Origin: an uncultured bacterium
GTDB lineage: Bacteria > Chloroflexota > UBA5177 > JANWHV01
Assembly (NCBI GenBank): GCA_963827235.1
Contig: CAWHAE010000014.1
Span: 288,001-352,000, forward strand
Length of the DNA stretch: 64,000 bases
Direction: 5' to 3'
Program-made: the position numbers and the translations under genes
The notes under the pieces: model-generated
The model's database searches: none
What the model was told of the DNA's origin: nothing
Seen by the model: the letters and a program-made list of their open reading frames with translations, nothing else
Part shown: one piece after another, positions 41,572 to 52,753 of the stretch
How the letters are laid out: each line of letters opens with the position of its first letter
How positions within the stretch are numbered: the first letter of the stretch is position 1

Positions 41572-43347
41572 ATGGGCAGAGTGGTCGGAATCGATCTCGG
41601 GACCACGAACTCCGTCATCGCGACGGTGGACGGAGGAGAACGGCTTGTCATTCCGAACGTCGAGGGAAGCAGGCTGACGCCTTCTGTCGTTGCCTTCACT
41701 CGGAAGGGTGAGCGGCTCGTCGGGCAGCTCGCCAAGCGTCAGGCCGTCGTGAATCCCGAGCGGACCATCATGTCCATCAAGCGGCTCATGGGCACAGATC
41801 AGCGAGTGACCATCGACGGCCACCCGTACACGCCTCAGGAGATCTCGGCCATCATTCTGCAGAAGCTCAAGCGGGACGCCGAGGTATTCCTGGGCGACGA
41901 AGTGACGGGCGCGGTGATCACCGTGCCGGCCTACTTCAACGACGCCCAACGGCAGGCCACCAAGGACGCCGGTCGTATCTCGGGCCTCGAGGTCTTCCGG
42001 ATCATCAACGAGCCGACCGCGGCCGCCCTGTCGTATGGCCTCGACAAAAAGCGCATGGAGACGGTGCTCGTGTGGGACCTCGGCGGTGGGACGTTCGACG
42101 TGTCCATCCTCGACGTGGGCGACGGCGTCTTCGAAGTCAAGGCTACGTGCGGCGACACGCGCCTCGGTGGAGACGACTACGACATCAAGATCGTCGAGTA
42201 CCTGGCAGAGCAGTTTCTCCAGGAGTACGGTATCGACCTGACGCGTGAGCGCGAGGCCCTACAACGCCTGCTCGACGCGGCCGAGCGAGCCAAGATCGAG
42301 CTTTCGTCGGTCGTCACCACGACAATCAACCTACCCTTCATCACCTCGGACGCGACGGGACCCAAGCATCTCGACCAGGAGCTTACCCGCGCGAAGTTCG
42401 AGGAGTTCACTGGAGAGCTTACCTATCGCTGTATGCGCCCCTTCAGGCAGGCCCTGGCAGACGCCCAGATCACGGAGGACGAGATCGACGAGGTGATTCT
42501 GGTCGGCGGCTCGACGCGCATGCCGGTCATCCAGCAGCTCGTGCAGCAGCTCACGGGCAAGGTGCCATATCAGGGCGTCAATCCGGATGAAGTTGTGGCG
42601 CTGGGCGCTTCGGTGCAGGCCAGCGTGCTGACTGGCGAGCTCAAGAACGTGGTGCTGCTTGACGTGACACCGCTTTCGCTGGGCGTCGAGACGGTCGGTG
42701 GCGTATTCACCAAGCTGATTAACAGGAACACGACTATTCCCACGAAGCGAACTGAGATCTTCACGACCGGCCAGGACAACCAGATCGGCGTGGACATTCA
42801 CGTGCTCCAGGGTGAGCGCGAGATGGCGCAGGACAACCAGCCGCTCGGACACTTCAACCTCGACGGCATCGATCCGGTACCGGCCGGCGTGCCCCAAATT
42901 GAAGTGACTTTCGAGATCGACAACAACGGCATCGTCAGCGCCTCGGCTCGCGATCTCTCGAATGGGCGGGCGCAGCGGATCACGATCACTGCCTCGACCA
43001 ATCTGAGCCCGGAGGAGGTCGAGACGCTCGTGCGCGAATCGGCCCAATATGCACAGCAAGACGAAGTGCGCCGGCGGCATGCCGAACTCGCCAACAAGGC
43101 TCAGAGCCTGCTGTACGGGCAGACCGCTTCCTCGAGGCGCGGTCGATGCAGCGGCCCGCAGGAGCGTGCGCGCATCGAAGAAGCCGCGCGCGACGTGAAG
43201 CGGAGTCTCAGCTCGGGAGATCTACGAAGAATCTGGAGCAGGCATGCTGGCGACTGGAGCCGCTTCTTCCCAACGCCGTGCAGGCGCTTGCCGTGGGCCG
43301 GCTGGACGGAGCCACGTATCTGCGCGACGCGAGGCAAGGTGAGTGAG
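41572..43347 (+). CDS. dnaK: Hsp70 chaperone DnaK (3' end frameshifted, end approximate)
   Basis: [52 protein letters not shown]. Confidence 0.9.
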
Positions 43348-43413
43348 CCGGCGGGCCAAGCGCATACGCAAACCGTTGCGCGGCCCTGGGGACTGCGCAT
43401 GCGGGTGAATACA

Positions 43414-44532
43414 ATGGAATACAGGGACTACTATAAAGTTCTCGGGGTGCCTAAAGATGCCCCGACCGCCGAGATCAATAAGGCCTACCGCAAGCTGGCC
43501 AGGAAGTACCATCCGGACCTCAACCCCGGCGACAAGACCGCCGAGGCGAGATTCAAGGAGATCAACGAAGCCCACGAAGTGCTCAGCGACTCCGACAAGC
43601 GGCAGAAGTATGACCAGGTCGGCACGACGTGGAAACGTCCCGGCTTCGATATTCACACCTATACGACGCGCACGGGACGTCCGAGGGCCGGCGAGCGACC
43701 GACGCGGGCGGAGCGGGCGCCGATAGCTTCAGCGACTTCTTCCAGAGTATATTCGGCCAGGCCACGCGGCAGCAGCAGCAGCGGCCGACCATGGCGCCAC
43801 CCAAGCCGCGCCGCGGCGACGACATCGAGCAGCCGGTCGAGGTATCGCTCGAGGAGGCATTCACGGGCGGACAGCGCATGTTCACTTTGACCGGCCAGGA
43901 TCGGTGTCCTCGATGCGGCGGCAGTGGCCTGGATGCCGACGCCAAGCCCTGCCCACAGTGCAAGGGCTCCGGCTGGACCACGTTCTCCCGCCGCATCGAG
44001 GTGAAGATTCCTGCCGGCGTGCGCGACGGCTCGCGCATCCGCATCGCGGGTGAGGGAAATCCCGGCGCCGGCGCCGGGCCCCGCGGCGACCTCTACCTCG
44101 TCGTGTCGCTCAAGGCACACAGCAGGTTCCGTCGCGAGGATGACAACCTGGTCGAGGACGTGGAGGTGCCGTACACGACCCTGGTGCTCGGCGGGGAAGC
44201 GGTCATCCCCACGGTCAAGGGCAAGGTGATGCTCAAGATTCCTGCAGGCACCGCGAACGGGAAGCAGTTCCGCCTGGCCGGACTGGGCATGCCGAAGCTC
44301 AAGGACGGCGGCAAAGGGCGATTTGCTGGTCAAGGTGCACGCTATGCTGCCGGGCACCAACGGTGTGCCGCTCACGGCGCGCGAGCGCGAGCTGTTCAAC
44401 GAGCTGGCCGGCATCAATCACCAGCGCGCGGCGAGCCACGTGAGAGGTGGGGGACGAGGCATCTGGGCGCCGCCGCGGAGTTCGCCGACGTGCAGGTGGG
44501 CGGAAGGGGTGCTTCTAGCGAGACATGGATAG
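43414..44532 (+). CDS. dnaJ: DnaJ-family co-chaperone (frameshifted near 43630-43720 and 44320)
   Basis: [12 protein letters not shown]...KYHPDLN; [10 protein letters not shown]; CPRCGGSG and CPQCKGSG; VKIPAGV, GDLYL, GLGMP. Confidence 0.85.
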
Positions 44533-44960
44533 CCCGATGAAGTCGCTGACTTCCGAACCGGAGAGGGACATGGAAGAGCGTCCCTTGGGGCTGCGCTTTA
44601 CGATCAGGGTGGCTGCCGAGGCAGTCAACGTGCACCAGCAGACGCTGCGGCATTACGAACGACTGGGCCTGATCAGCCCTCACCGGGGCACCGGCCGCAT
44701 CCGCTACTACACACAGCGAGACATCGAGCGGCTGCGCCTGATCCGCCGTCTCATGGACGAGCTCAAGGTGAATCTCGCCGGCGTCGAGGTCATTCTCAAC
44801 CTGACAGAGCGCATCGAGCAGCTTCAAAACGACCTCACGGAGCGCCAGGAGCGCATACGAGAAGCCTACGAAGCCGAGATCGACGACTTGCGCACTCGAA
44901 TATGAGACCGAGATTGCTCGCCTCAAGGACATCATTCGACGGGTCACCACCCAGTCGTAG
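44525..44960 (+). CDS. hspR: HspR heat-shock repressor (MerR family); probable indel near 44900
   Basis: FTIRVAAE...HQQTLRHYERLGLISP.R....RYY, VNLAGVEVIL; the coiled coil continues as YETEIARLKDIIRR* in another frame. Confidence 0.85.
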
Positions 44961-44994
44961 CCTGATGCCTCCCGGGGCTCAGCCCTAGGGAGCT

Positions 44995-46013
44995 TCAAGG
45001 CGGCATGGCTCCGGCAGAAGTTGTGCCGGGCCGGCCCGCTACTCCTGCGCTGGTCGCAGTGCAAAGCTCGGCCCCCTCGGTGTCCGGATCGATTGTGCAG
45101 GTACGGGCGACCAGGCCATGGTCCGGCCACGCGTGCAAAAGCAGCCTCAATCTGTTCGAAGCGATCCGAGGCCAGGGCAATAACGGATGAGCCTGCCCCA
45201 CTCAGCGAGGCCCCGTGCGCGCCGGCCTCGACCGCGGCGTCGATCGCCGGCATGAGGTAGCGAAACCCCTCGCCGCGATAGGGCTGGTGCAGGCGATCGG
45301 CCATGGCGACGCGGAGCAGATCACGCCTGTCATGCGCCATGGCGTAGACCATCAGCCCGACGCGTCCGGCGTTGAACACCGCGTCGCCGCGGGACGTACA
45401 TGCTGGCAGGGCGGCCCGTGACTCGGCCGTGCTGGAGGCGGCATCCGGGAATGAGCAGGATGGCGCGCAGTCCCGCAGGCGGCGCCACGCGCTGCACCAC
45501 CGTCTTCCCGCCATCCAGACGCCCAGGGTGAAGCCTCCCCAGAGGGCAGCCACGATGTTGTCCGGGTGACCCTCCATCTCCAGCCCAACCGGCAGCAGCG
45601 CCTCCGGATCGTGCTCGAGCGCCAAGCAACAACGCCGCCGCCATGGTACCGCCCGCGATGGCTGCCGCGCTGCTGCCAAGGCCGCGCCCGAGAGGAATCT
45701 CGTTGTGCATGGTCAGCCGCACTGGAGGCAGTTCACGCTGCCGGTCGAGGCAAATCGTTCCATGGCATCGATCACCAGGTTTGTGTCGCGCGTGCCGAGC
45801 GACTGGGCTCCCTCGCCGCTGATCGATAACCAAGCTGGTGGACCCTGCCGGCAGCACCTCCACGCTGATCTCGTTGTATAGACTGAGCGACAAAGCCAGG
45901 CAGTCGAAACCCGGCCCGAGATTGGCCGAAGTAGCTGGCACACGCACGCTAACCACGGTGCCCGGGCCGATAACACTCTTCAAGAACGTCTCACGTGCCG
46001 GCAATATGCTCAC
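44995..46013 (-). CDS. thrB: Homoserine kinase (multiple frameshifts, end approximate)
   Basis: VPATSANLGPGFD, IPLGRGLGSSAAA, EGHPDN, DRLHQPYR, LSGAG spread over several frames. Confidence 0.85.
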
Positions 46014-46083
46014 TCAACGCGCCCTGGCAGGCCGGCGCATCGGACGGTCCGGACCCGAATGGGGACCGCCCCACCAATATAAC

Positions 46084-46561
46084 CTAGGACTCCATCTGGA
46101 TGTTCGTCAGGTAGCCGCGCACGGTCTCGCGATCGGCAGCCGACCGCAGGGCAATGAAGATCGTGTCGTCCCCTGCCACCGTGCCGACGACCTCCGGAAA
46201 GGCGCAGGTGTCCAGCGTGGCGCACAGCATGTTGGCCATTCCCGGTGCCGTTCGCACGACGAGAAGCTGCGAGCTGTCACCGAAGGCGAGCGGGACGTCG
46301 CCGAGAAGATGCGCGAGCCTGCGCCGTGCCGCCATGCTGTCGGTCGGCGACACGGCTTCGGGCAGTGTGTACACCACCCGCCCATCCACCGCAGCGCGCA
46401 CCAGCCCAAGCTCTACCATGTCACGCGAGACGGTCGCCTGGGTCACAAAGATCTCTTGCTCTGGCCAGCGCGTCGACCAGGTCATCCTGGGTGTGCATCT
46501 CGCCTTCGGCCACGATCTTGCGTATGAGCCTGTGGCGCACCTGCTTCGAGTCACTCTTCAT
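46084..46561 (-). CDS. argR: Arginine repressor (frameshift near 46460)
   Basis: HTQDDLV, VTQATVSRD..ELG, GTVAGDDTI. Confidence 0.9.
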
Positions 46562-47742
46562 AGCGCACCAACGATGCGATCCAATCACGTCAAGCGCCTC
46601 TTCAACCTGGCCCTCGTCCAGGATGAGAGGCGGCACCATTCTGATCGTACACGGGCCCGTGCTGTTGACAAGGACACCATGCTCGCGCGCGCGGTCCACG
46701 AGCTCCGCCGCCTTCGGCTCCGTCAGGTCGAGCGCCAGCATGAGGCCGCGCCCTCTGACCGCGCTGATCGCGTCGTGCTTCACACGAAGCGACTCGAGCC
46801 CGCGCAGAAATACGTCGCCGATGCGAGCCGCGTTCTCCATCAGTCGATCTTCGACGATGACGTCGAGCGTCGCCACGCCGGCGGCGCACACCAGAGGGTT
46901 GCCTCCTTGCGTCGACCCGTGGTCTCCGGGCTCGAAACACGAGACGTCGCGGCGAGCCAGCACGGCCCCCGCGGGAAGTCCGCCGCACATACCCTTGGCG
47001 AGCGTCACGACGTCGGGCACCACGCCGTAGCCCTGCGCGGCGAGGAAGGTGCCAGTGCGGCCGATGCCGCTCTGGATCTCGTCGAGAATGAGAAGGAGGC
47101 CCTTGCGGTCGCACCACTGTCGCACCGCCTGCAGGTAACCGGCCGAAGCAGGATGGATGCCGCTCTCGCCCTGCACCGGCTCTAGCATGATGGCCACCGT
47201 CTCGCCTGTCGTGGCGGCCCGCAGCGCGTCGAGGTCGTTGTACGGCACGTGGGCGAATCCCGGTGGTAGCGGCGCGAAGGGCCGCTGGTACTTCTCCTGC
47301 CCGGTCGCGGCGAGCGTAGCCAGCGTGCGGCCGTGGAAGCTGTGGGAGGCAGTGATGATGCCGAACGCGCCGTCTCGCCGCGTCCTTCCGAACTTGCGAG
47401 CGAGCTTGATCGCGCCTTCGTTCGCCTCGGCACCGCTGTTGCCGAAGAACACCTGGTCCATGCCCGTCAAACGCGACGAGCCTCTCGGCCAGCTCGATCT
47501 GCGGTACCGAATAGTACAGGTTGGACACCTGGATGAGCGTGCTCGCCTGCTCGGCGATCGCCGATGCCAGCCGGCCGTGGCTGTGCCCGAGCACGTCCAC
47601 GGCAATCCCGGCCACCAGATCGAGGTATCTGCGGCCCGCATCGTCCCACACATAGCATCCCTGGCCCCGCACCAGCACAACGGGCTGGCGCCGGAACGTC
47701 GGCATGTAGACGCAGCTTTTCGCGTTCGGCTATGGTCGCCAC
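46558..47742 (-). CDS. argD: Acetylornithine aminotransferase (frameshifted)
   Basis: YLDLVAGIAV..LGH, NSGAEANE, SFHGRT, EPVQGESG, DEIQSG, TLAKG. Confidence 0.9.
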
Positions 47743-47757
47743 GGCATCTCCTTCGTC

Positions 47758-48567
47758 CTACTGGGCGCCCGAGTCGAGCGCGGTAACAAGCGTACCGAGT
47801 GGTTGGTTGCCATCGAGCAGCGGTAGAAGCGCTCCGGGGTCGCGCCCGTCGCAGATACATGCCGCTTGCGCTCCGCTGGCCAGAGCCGCGAGACAGGCCT
47901 TGACCTTGGGCAGCATGCCGCCGTGTACGGTGCCGTCGTCGATCAGAGCACCGAGGCGGGCGCGCGAAAGGCGGGATAGCACGGCGCCCGATCCATCTCT
48001 CACGCCGGGCACATCGGTCAGGAACACGGTAAAGTCGGCCTGCAGCGCTCCGGCCAAGGCGCCGCAGACACTATCGGCATTGATGTTTCGCAGCGTTCCC
48101 GCTGGAGTCCGCGGCAATCGGTGCCACTCACCGGCACGAGACCGCGCTGCATGAGCACGTGCAGCAAGCTCGGGTCGACCTCACCAGCCTCTCCCACCAG
48201 CCCGAGATCGGGGTCTGGGTGCGGCCGCGCCGTGATCATGCCCCCGTCCACGCCGCTCAGTCCCACCGACGGTACGCCGTGCCGGCCCAACGCGGCTACC
48301 AAGCCGGCATTGACCTTGCCGCGCAGCACCATGGTGGCGATCTCCATGGAAGCCGGGTCGGTCACGCGCAAGCCGCTCCTTGAAGCGGACGGGGAGCGAC
48401 AGCCTGTTCATCCAGGCAGAGATCTCCTGTCCGCCGCCATGCACGATGGTGACGCCGAATCCGGCCTGCAGCAGATCGGGCAGCCCGAGCAGCGCTCCCT
48501 CCAGATCGGCGACGGCGCCGCCGACCTTGAGCACCACGTTTCTGTTCGCGGCAGGTGCGCCGCTCAC
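47758..48567 (-). CDS. argB: Acetylglutamate kinase (frameshifted)
   Basis: VLKVGG, VHGGG, RVTD, NINAD, TDVPGV, GGMLPK. Confidence 0.9.
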
Positions 48568-49769
48568 GTAGTGTACTCGGCGTTGATATGCACGTACTCG
48601 TAGCTCATGTCGCAACCCCATGCCGTGGCGGAGCCATCGCCCAGGCCGAGCTTCAGGTGGAAGACCACGGACGGCTGCTTGAGCAGAGCCGCCGCCTGTT
48701 CACGGGCATACGGCAGCCCGGCGCCTTTGTCGAAAAGGCAGATGTCATTCAGGAAGAGGGTCGCCAGGTTGGGCTCGAATGCGCATTCCGCGTAGCCGGC
48801 CGCACAGATGACGCGCCCCCAGTTTGGGTCTCCGCCGAAGACTGCGGTCTTCACCAGGCTCGACTTGGAGATAGCGCGCGCGATGTTGCGCGCATCGGCG
48901 TCGCTGCTCGCGCCAGACACCTGAACCTCGATCAGTGTGCGAGCACCCTCTCCATCTGACGCCAGCTGCTTCGCCAGGTCGACGCACAGGTCGGTGAGCG
49001 CGCTGGAGAACTGGGTGGCGGCCGGGTGCGAGCCGTGCAGAGGCGAACCCCCGGAGGCGCCGTTCGCCAGCACCACGACGGCATCGTTGGTCGACGTGTC
49101 GCCGTCCACGCTGATCATGTTGAAGGAGCGATCGACCGCGGCGCTGAGTGCTGTGCGTAGGAACTCGGGCTCTACCCGTGCATCCGTGGTGAGAAACCCT
49201 AGCAGGGTCGCCATGTTCGGATGAATCATGCCCGAGCCCTTGGCGGCCCCACCGATCCGGATTGGCATTCCGTCTACCTCGAGGCCGACGGAGCAGCTCT
49301 TCAGGCGTGTGTCCGTGGTCATGATCGCACGCGCGAACTCGCGCCCGCCGTCGTGCGTGGCATTCAGTCGCTCGACGCCGGCCTCCACCCGGTCCATAGG
49401 CATCGGCACGCCGATCACACCCGTAGACAGCACCAGTACTTCATCCTCCGGAACGCCGAACCTTTCCGCTGTTCGGGCAGCCATCGCTCGCGCGTCCTGC
49501 AGTCCGGCCGCGCCGGTGCACGCGTTGGCATTGCCGCTGTTCGCCACGATCGCCGACGCACGGTGCGACTGTATTCGCTCTCGGCAGAGCACGATTGGCG
49601 CCGCCGCGGCCCTATTCTGTGTGAAGACCGCCGCCGCTGCCGCCGGCTGGTCGGAGACGATCACGCCCAGATCCGCCTTGGCGCTCCCATCCTTGATTCC
49701 ACAGGCCACCGCACCGGCGCGGTAACCCTGGGGCTCCGTCACTCCCTGATCGTCGTGCCGAACCTGCAC
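48564..49769 (-). CDS. argJ: Ornithine acetyltransferase / N-acetylglutamate synthase
   Basis: NSGNANACTG, STGVIG, IMTTDT, KGSGMIHPNMATLL, DGDTSTND, DGEGA, DPNWGR. Confidence 0.96.
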   Translation of the reverse strand: MQVRHDDQGVTEPQGYRAGAVACGIKDGSAKADLGVIVSDQPAAAAAVFTQNRAAAAPIVLCRERIQSHRASAIVANSGNANACTGAAGLQDARAMAARTAERFGVPEDEVLVLSTGVIGVPMPMDRVEAGVERLNATHDGGREFARAIMTTDTRLKSCSVGLEVDGMPIRIGGAAKGSGMIHPNMATLLGFLTTDARVEPEFLRTALSAAVDRSFNMISVDGDTSTNDAVVVLANGASGGSPLHGSHPAATQFSSALTDLCVDLAKQLASDGEGARTLIEVQVSGASSDADARNIARAISKSSLVKTAVFGGDPNWGRVICAAGYAECAFEPNLATLFLNDICLFDKGAGLPYAREQAAALLKQPSVVFHLKLGLGDGSATAWGCDMSYEYVHINAEYTT

Positions 49770-49895
49770 TGCACCATCTCAATCTTCTCTCGACCTTGTG
49801 GGCCGGAATCTGAGCAGGCACTCTTCTACCGCGGGGCACGCCATGCTTGTGCCAACAATCGCCTTGCCGCCCGAGGAGCGCCGGCCCGCCGGCCA

Positions 49896-49933
49896 CCAGA
49901 ATCATTATACACATCAGTGCATCGCTATGCGCT
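49896..49933 (-). promoter_or_regulatory. Tandem ARG boxes overlapping the argJ promoter
   Basis: AGAATCATTATACA (49898-911) and TGCATCGCTATGCG (49918-31) at a 20-bp period; minus-strand TATAAT lies within the first box. Confidence 0.7.
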
Positions 49934-50369
49934 TCCCGAGACCGGGCCACGGCGCTCGCTCCTCCCCGTGGAGACCGGCCGCCTGAAGGCGTACACGGGC
50001 TCCACTCGGGCCCGGTGGTGCCGGCGGAGAGTAAAGGCGCGGCACGACACGGGACTGCGCCTGGCTGCGAGCGTCTCGCTAGTCTCCTGGGAGTGACGGG
50101 CGTGGCGGGCAAGATGCCCGCGGCCCATGAAGAAGGCTCGCCGCTGTACTGCAGCGGCTTTCCAGACTACCGACGGGCGGGGCGGAAACCAGCCCCCGGT
50201 CCAGGCTGGAGGCAGATCACGCGCTCACCATTATTCCGCGGCGGCATCCTGATACCGGCGCACTCGTGTACCGCTCAACACGACCGGCTGTGCTTTCTGC
50301 CAATCCGGACGATTTCGGGCAGAATGACCGCGGTGCCGGGATCTGTGCCGGGTCGCTACCGTGCCGGCG

Positions 50370-52622
50370 TCAGCGGGAGTTCCCGTCTCGGTACACTTCC
50401 TGGACGTTCCGCACGCGCTCCAGCCGGGTGAACACACGGCTGAGCTGTGCGATGTCCATGACCTTTACCGTAAGGTGGATCATCGCGTAGCCGGTAGAAT
50501 GCGCATCCACTTTCGCCCCCGTGATCGCCACGTGTTCCTCGGTGACCGCCGCGCTGACGTCCCTTAGGAGGCCGTCCCGATCCCAAGCGCGGACCACGAT
50601 TCCGACCTTGTAGAGCGCCTTCTCCACTCGGTGGCCCCACTCTACCGGCACCAGCCGAGCCACGTCCTTCTCGTTGATTACGTGCCCGCAGCTGGTCCTG
50701 TGTATCGTGACGCCGCTGTTCCGGGTTACGTAGCCGGTTATGGCATCGCCAAGCGCCGGCTGGCAGCAGCCGGCGAGCCGCGTCATCAGGTCGCCCACGC
50801 CCATGACGGTCACGCCCACAGAGGGCAGTGCCTCGACCCGCTCGGCGCCGGGCACAGGCAGCATCGGATGCACTTCCTCGCGCGGCTGGAGGCGCATGAC
50901 CACGCCCTGCGGACTCACCGCACCGTAGCCCACCGCGGCAAAGAGATCCTCGGCTGTGCGGAAGTCGAGCGAGGAAGCCACCGTGGCGAGCATATCTGTC
51001 GTGATCGCGCTCAGAGCGCGCTGCTGCAGCCTGCCGAGCTCGCGCTCGACCAGCTCTCGCCCGCGGCTCACGTTCTTGTCACGGTCCTGGCGGCGAAGCC
51101 ATTGCCGTATCTTCTCTCGCGCGCTCGCCGATGCCACGAAGTCCAGCCAGTCGCGGCTCGGCCCGTGGGCCGTCTTGGTGGTCAGAATCTCGACCCGATC
51201 ACCATTCTGCAGCCGGTGATCCAGAGGCACCATAATGCCGTTGACCTTGGCGCCGATCGTCCGGTGGCCGAGCTCCGTATGCACGCGGTATGCAAAGTCG
51301 ACGGGCGTCGACTTTGCCGGCAGGTCGATGATGTCGCCCTTGGGACTCGACACGAATACCTGATCCTGAAAGACGTCGATCTTGACGGTATCCACGAAAT
51401 CCGTGGCGTTCTGGCTGAGCTCGTCCTGCCAGCTCTTCAGCATGGAGATCCAGCTAGTAAGTGCGGTCGGCAGCGATGCGGAGAGGCCCTGCTCCTTGTA
51501 GTACCAGTGCGTGGCCACGCCGTATTCTGCTTCACGGTGCATGTCATGCGTACGGATCTGTACTTCGGTCGGCCGGCCCTCCTCACAGATCACCGTGGTG
51601 TGCAGCGACTTATAGCCATTGGGCTTGGGCGTCGCTATGTAATCCTTGAAGCGAGACGGCAAAGGCGGCCAGTGCGCGTGGACGATGCCGAGCACTTCGT
51701 AGCACTCGTTCTTGGTCTCCACCAGCACCCGCAGGGCGAACAGATCGTAGATGTGGGACAGATCAAACTCACCCGCGCGAAGAAGCTTCTTGTAGATGCT
51801 GTAGAGGTGCTTCACCCGTCCCTTCACTTCCGCCTTGATGCGGTGTTCGTTCAGGGTTTGGCGTAGAAGCGCCGTCACGCGCTCGATGTATTCCTCTCTC
51901 TGCGCGCCTCGCGTCGCGAGCTCGGCCACGAGCTGATTGTACTGCTCTGGCTCCAGGTAGCGGAAGGCGATGTCCTCCAGCTCCCACTTAATCTGCGCCA
52001 TGCCGAGGCGGCCCGCGAGAGGGGCATAGATCTCGCGGGTCTCGGTGGCGATACGCTGCTGTTTCGCGGGTGGAAGCGCGTCGAGCGTCCACATGTTGTG
52101 AAGCCGGTCGGCCAGCTTCACCAGCACCACGCGCGGATCTTCGGCCATGGCCATGAACATCTTCTTGATGTTTTCGGCCTGCTGCTTCGCGGCACGCTCG
52201 CGGTTCTTGCGCTGCTCGTCATTGGCGTTGAGTTGCTGATCGGTCCAGTTGCGCTGGCGCCGGCCCAACTCTTCGAACTTCGTCACCCCGTCGACAATGT
52301 GAGCCACCGCGGGTCCGAAGCGCTCCCGGATCTCCGGCAGGGAGACCACCGTGTCCTCCACCACATCGTGCAGCAGAGCAGCCACAATGGTCGTCGCGTC
52401 CAGGTGCATGCTGGCCACGATCATGGCGGCCGCCAGCGGATGCATGACGTACGGCTCGCCCGATTTGCGGATCGCGCCGGAGTGCGCGTCCGCCGCGAGC
52501 TCATACGCCCTGGCTATGACGTCGAGCGACTGCCCAGGCAAATACGTGCCGGCCACGGCAAGAAGATCGTCAATGCCGGAGGCAAGCTGTGTATTGACTG
52601 TTGAAGGAGACGGAAGCGCCAC
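50370..52622 (-). CDS. rel: Bifunctional (p)ppGpp synthetase/hydrolase
   Basis: RKSGEPY..HP, LLHDVVED, KLADRLHN, KPNGYKSLHT, EVQIRT, TGS and ACT domains. Confidence 0.96.
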   Translation of the reverse strand: MALPSPSTVNTQLASGIDDLLAVAGTYLPGQSLDVIARAYELAADAHSGAIRKSGEPYVMHPLAAAMIVASMHLDATTIVAALLHDVVEDTVVSLPEIRERFGPAVAHIVDGVTKFEELGRRQRNWTDQQLNANDEQRKNRERAAKQQAENIKKMFMAMAEDPRVVLVKLADRLHNMWTLDALPPAKQQRIATETREIYAPLAGRLGMAQIKWELEDIAFRYLEPEQYNQLVAELATRGAQREEYIERVTALLRQTLNEHRIKAEVKGRVKHLYSIYKKLLRAGEFDLSHIYDLFALRVLVETKNECYEVLGIVHAHWPPLPSRFKDYIATPKPNGYKSLHTTVICEEGRPTEVQIRTHDMHREAEYGVATHWYYKEQGLSASLPTALTSWISMLKSWQDELSQNATDFVDTVKIDVFQDQVFVSSPKGDIIDLPAKSTPVDFAYRVHTELGHRTIGAKVNGIMVPLDHRLQNGDRVEILTTKTAHGPSRDWLDFVASASAREKIRQWLRRQDRDKNVSRGRELVERELGRLQQRALSAITTDMLATVASSLDFRTAEDLFAAVGYGAVSPQGVVMRLQPREEVHPMLPVPGAERVEALPSVGVTVMGVGDLMTRLAGCCQPALGDAITGYVTRNSGVTIHRTSCGHVINEKDVARLVPVEWGHRVEKALYKVGIVVRAWDRDGLLRDVSAAVTEEHVAITGAKVDAHSTGYAMIHLTVKVMDIAQLSRVFTRLERVRNVQEVYRDGNSR

Positions 52623-52753
52623 GGAAAACCCTCTAGAACGACCGCTTTACCAGAGTATACCCGGTAACAGCCACATTTTCATTGCCACTGTCGCGGCGGC
52701 GCCGCAGGATCCCCATGTGCAGGCTCTAGCTGGCCCCGACGTTCACATGCACG

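Noticed and set aside
41572-43890. Apparent 772-aa DnaK-J-domain fusion in the ORF track
   Set aside because: The sequence between the DnaK lid and the J domain loses similarity and reads as out-of-frame text; dnaJ has its own ATG at 43414 and the region is indel-rich, so read-through is probably an artefact.
44414-48621. Pseudogene calls or chimeric ORFs for thrB, argR, argD and argB (e.g. the ArgD-ArgR join in 46421-47860)
   Set aside because: Motifs are intact and only frame switches are seen; sequencing indels are the simpler explanation.
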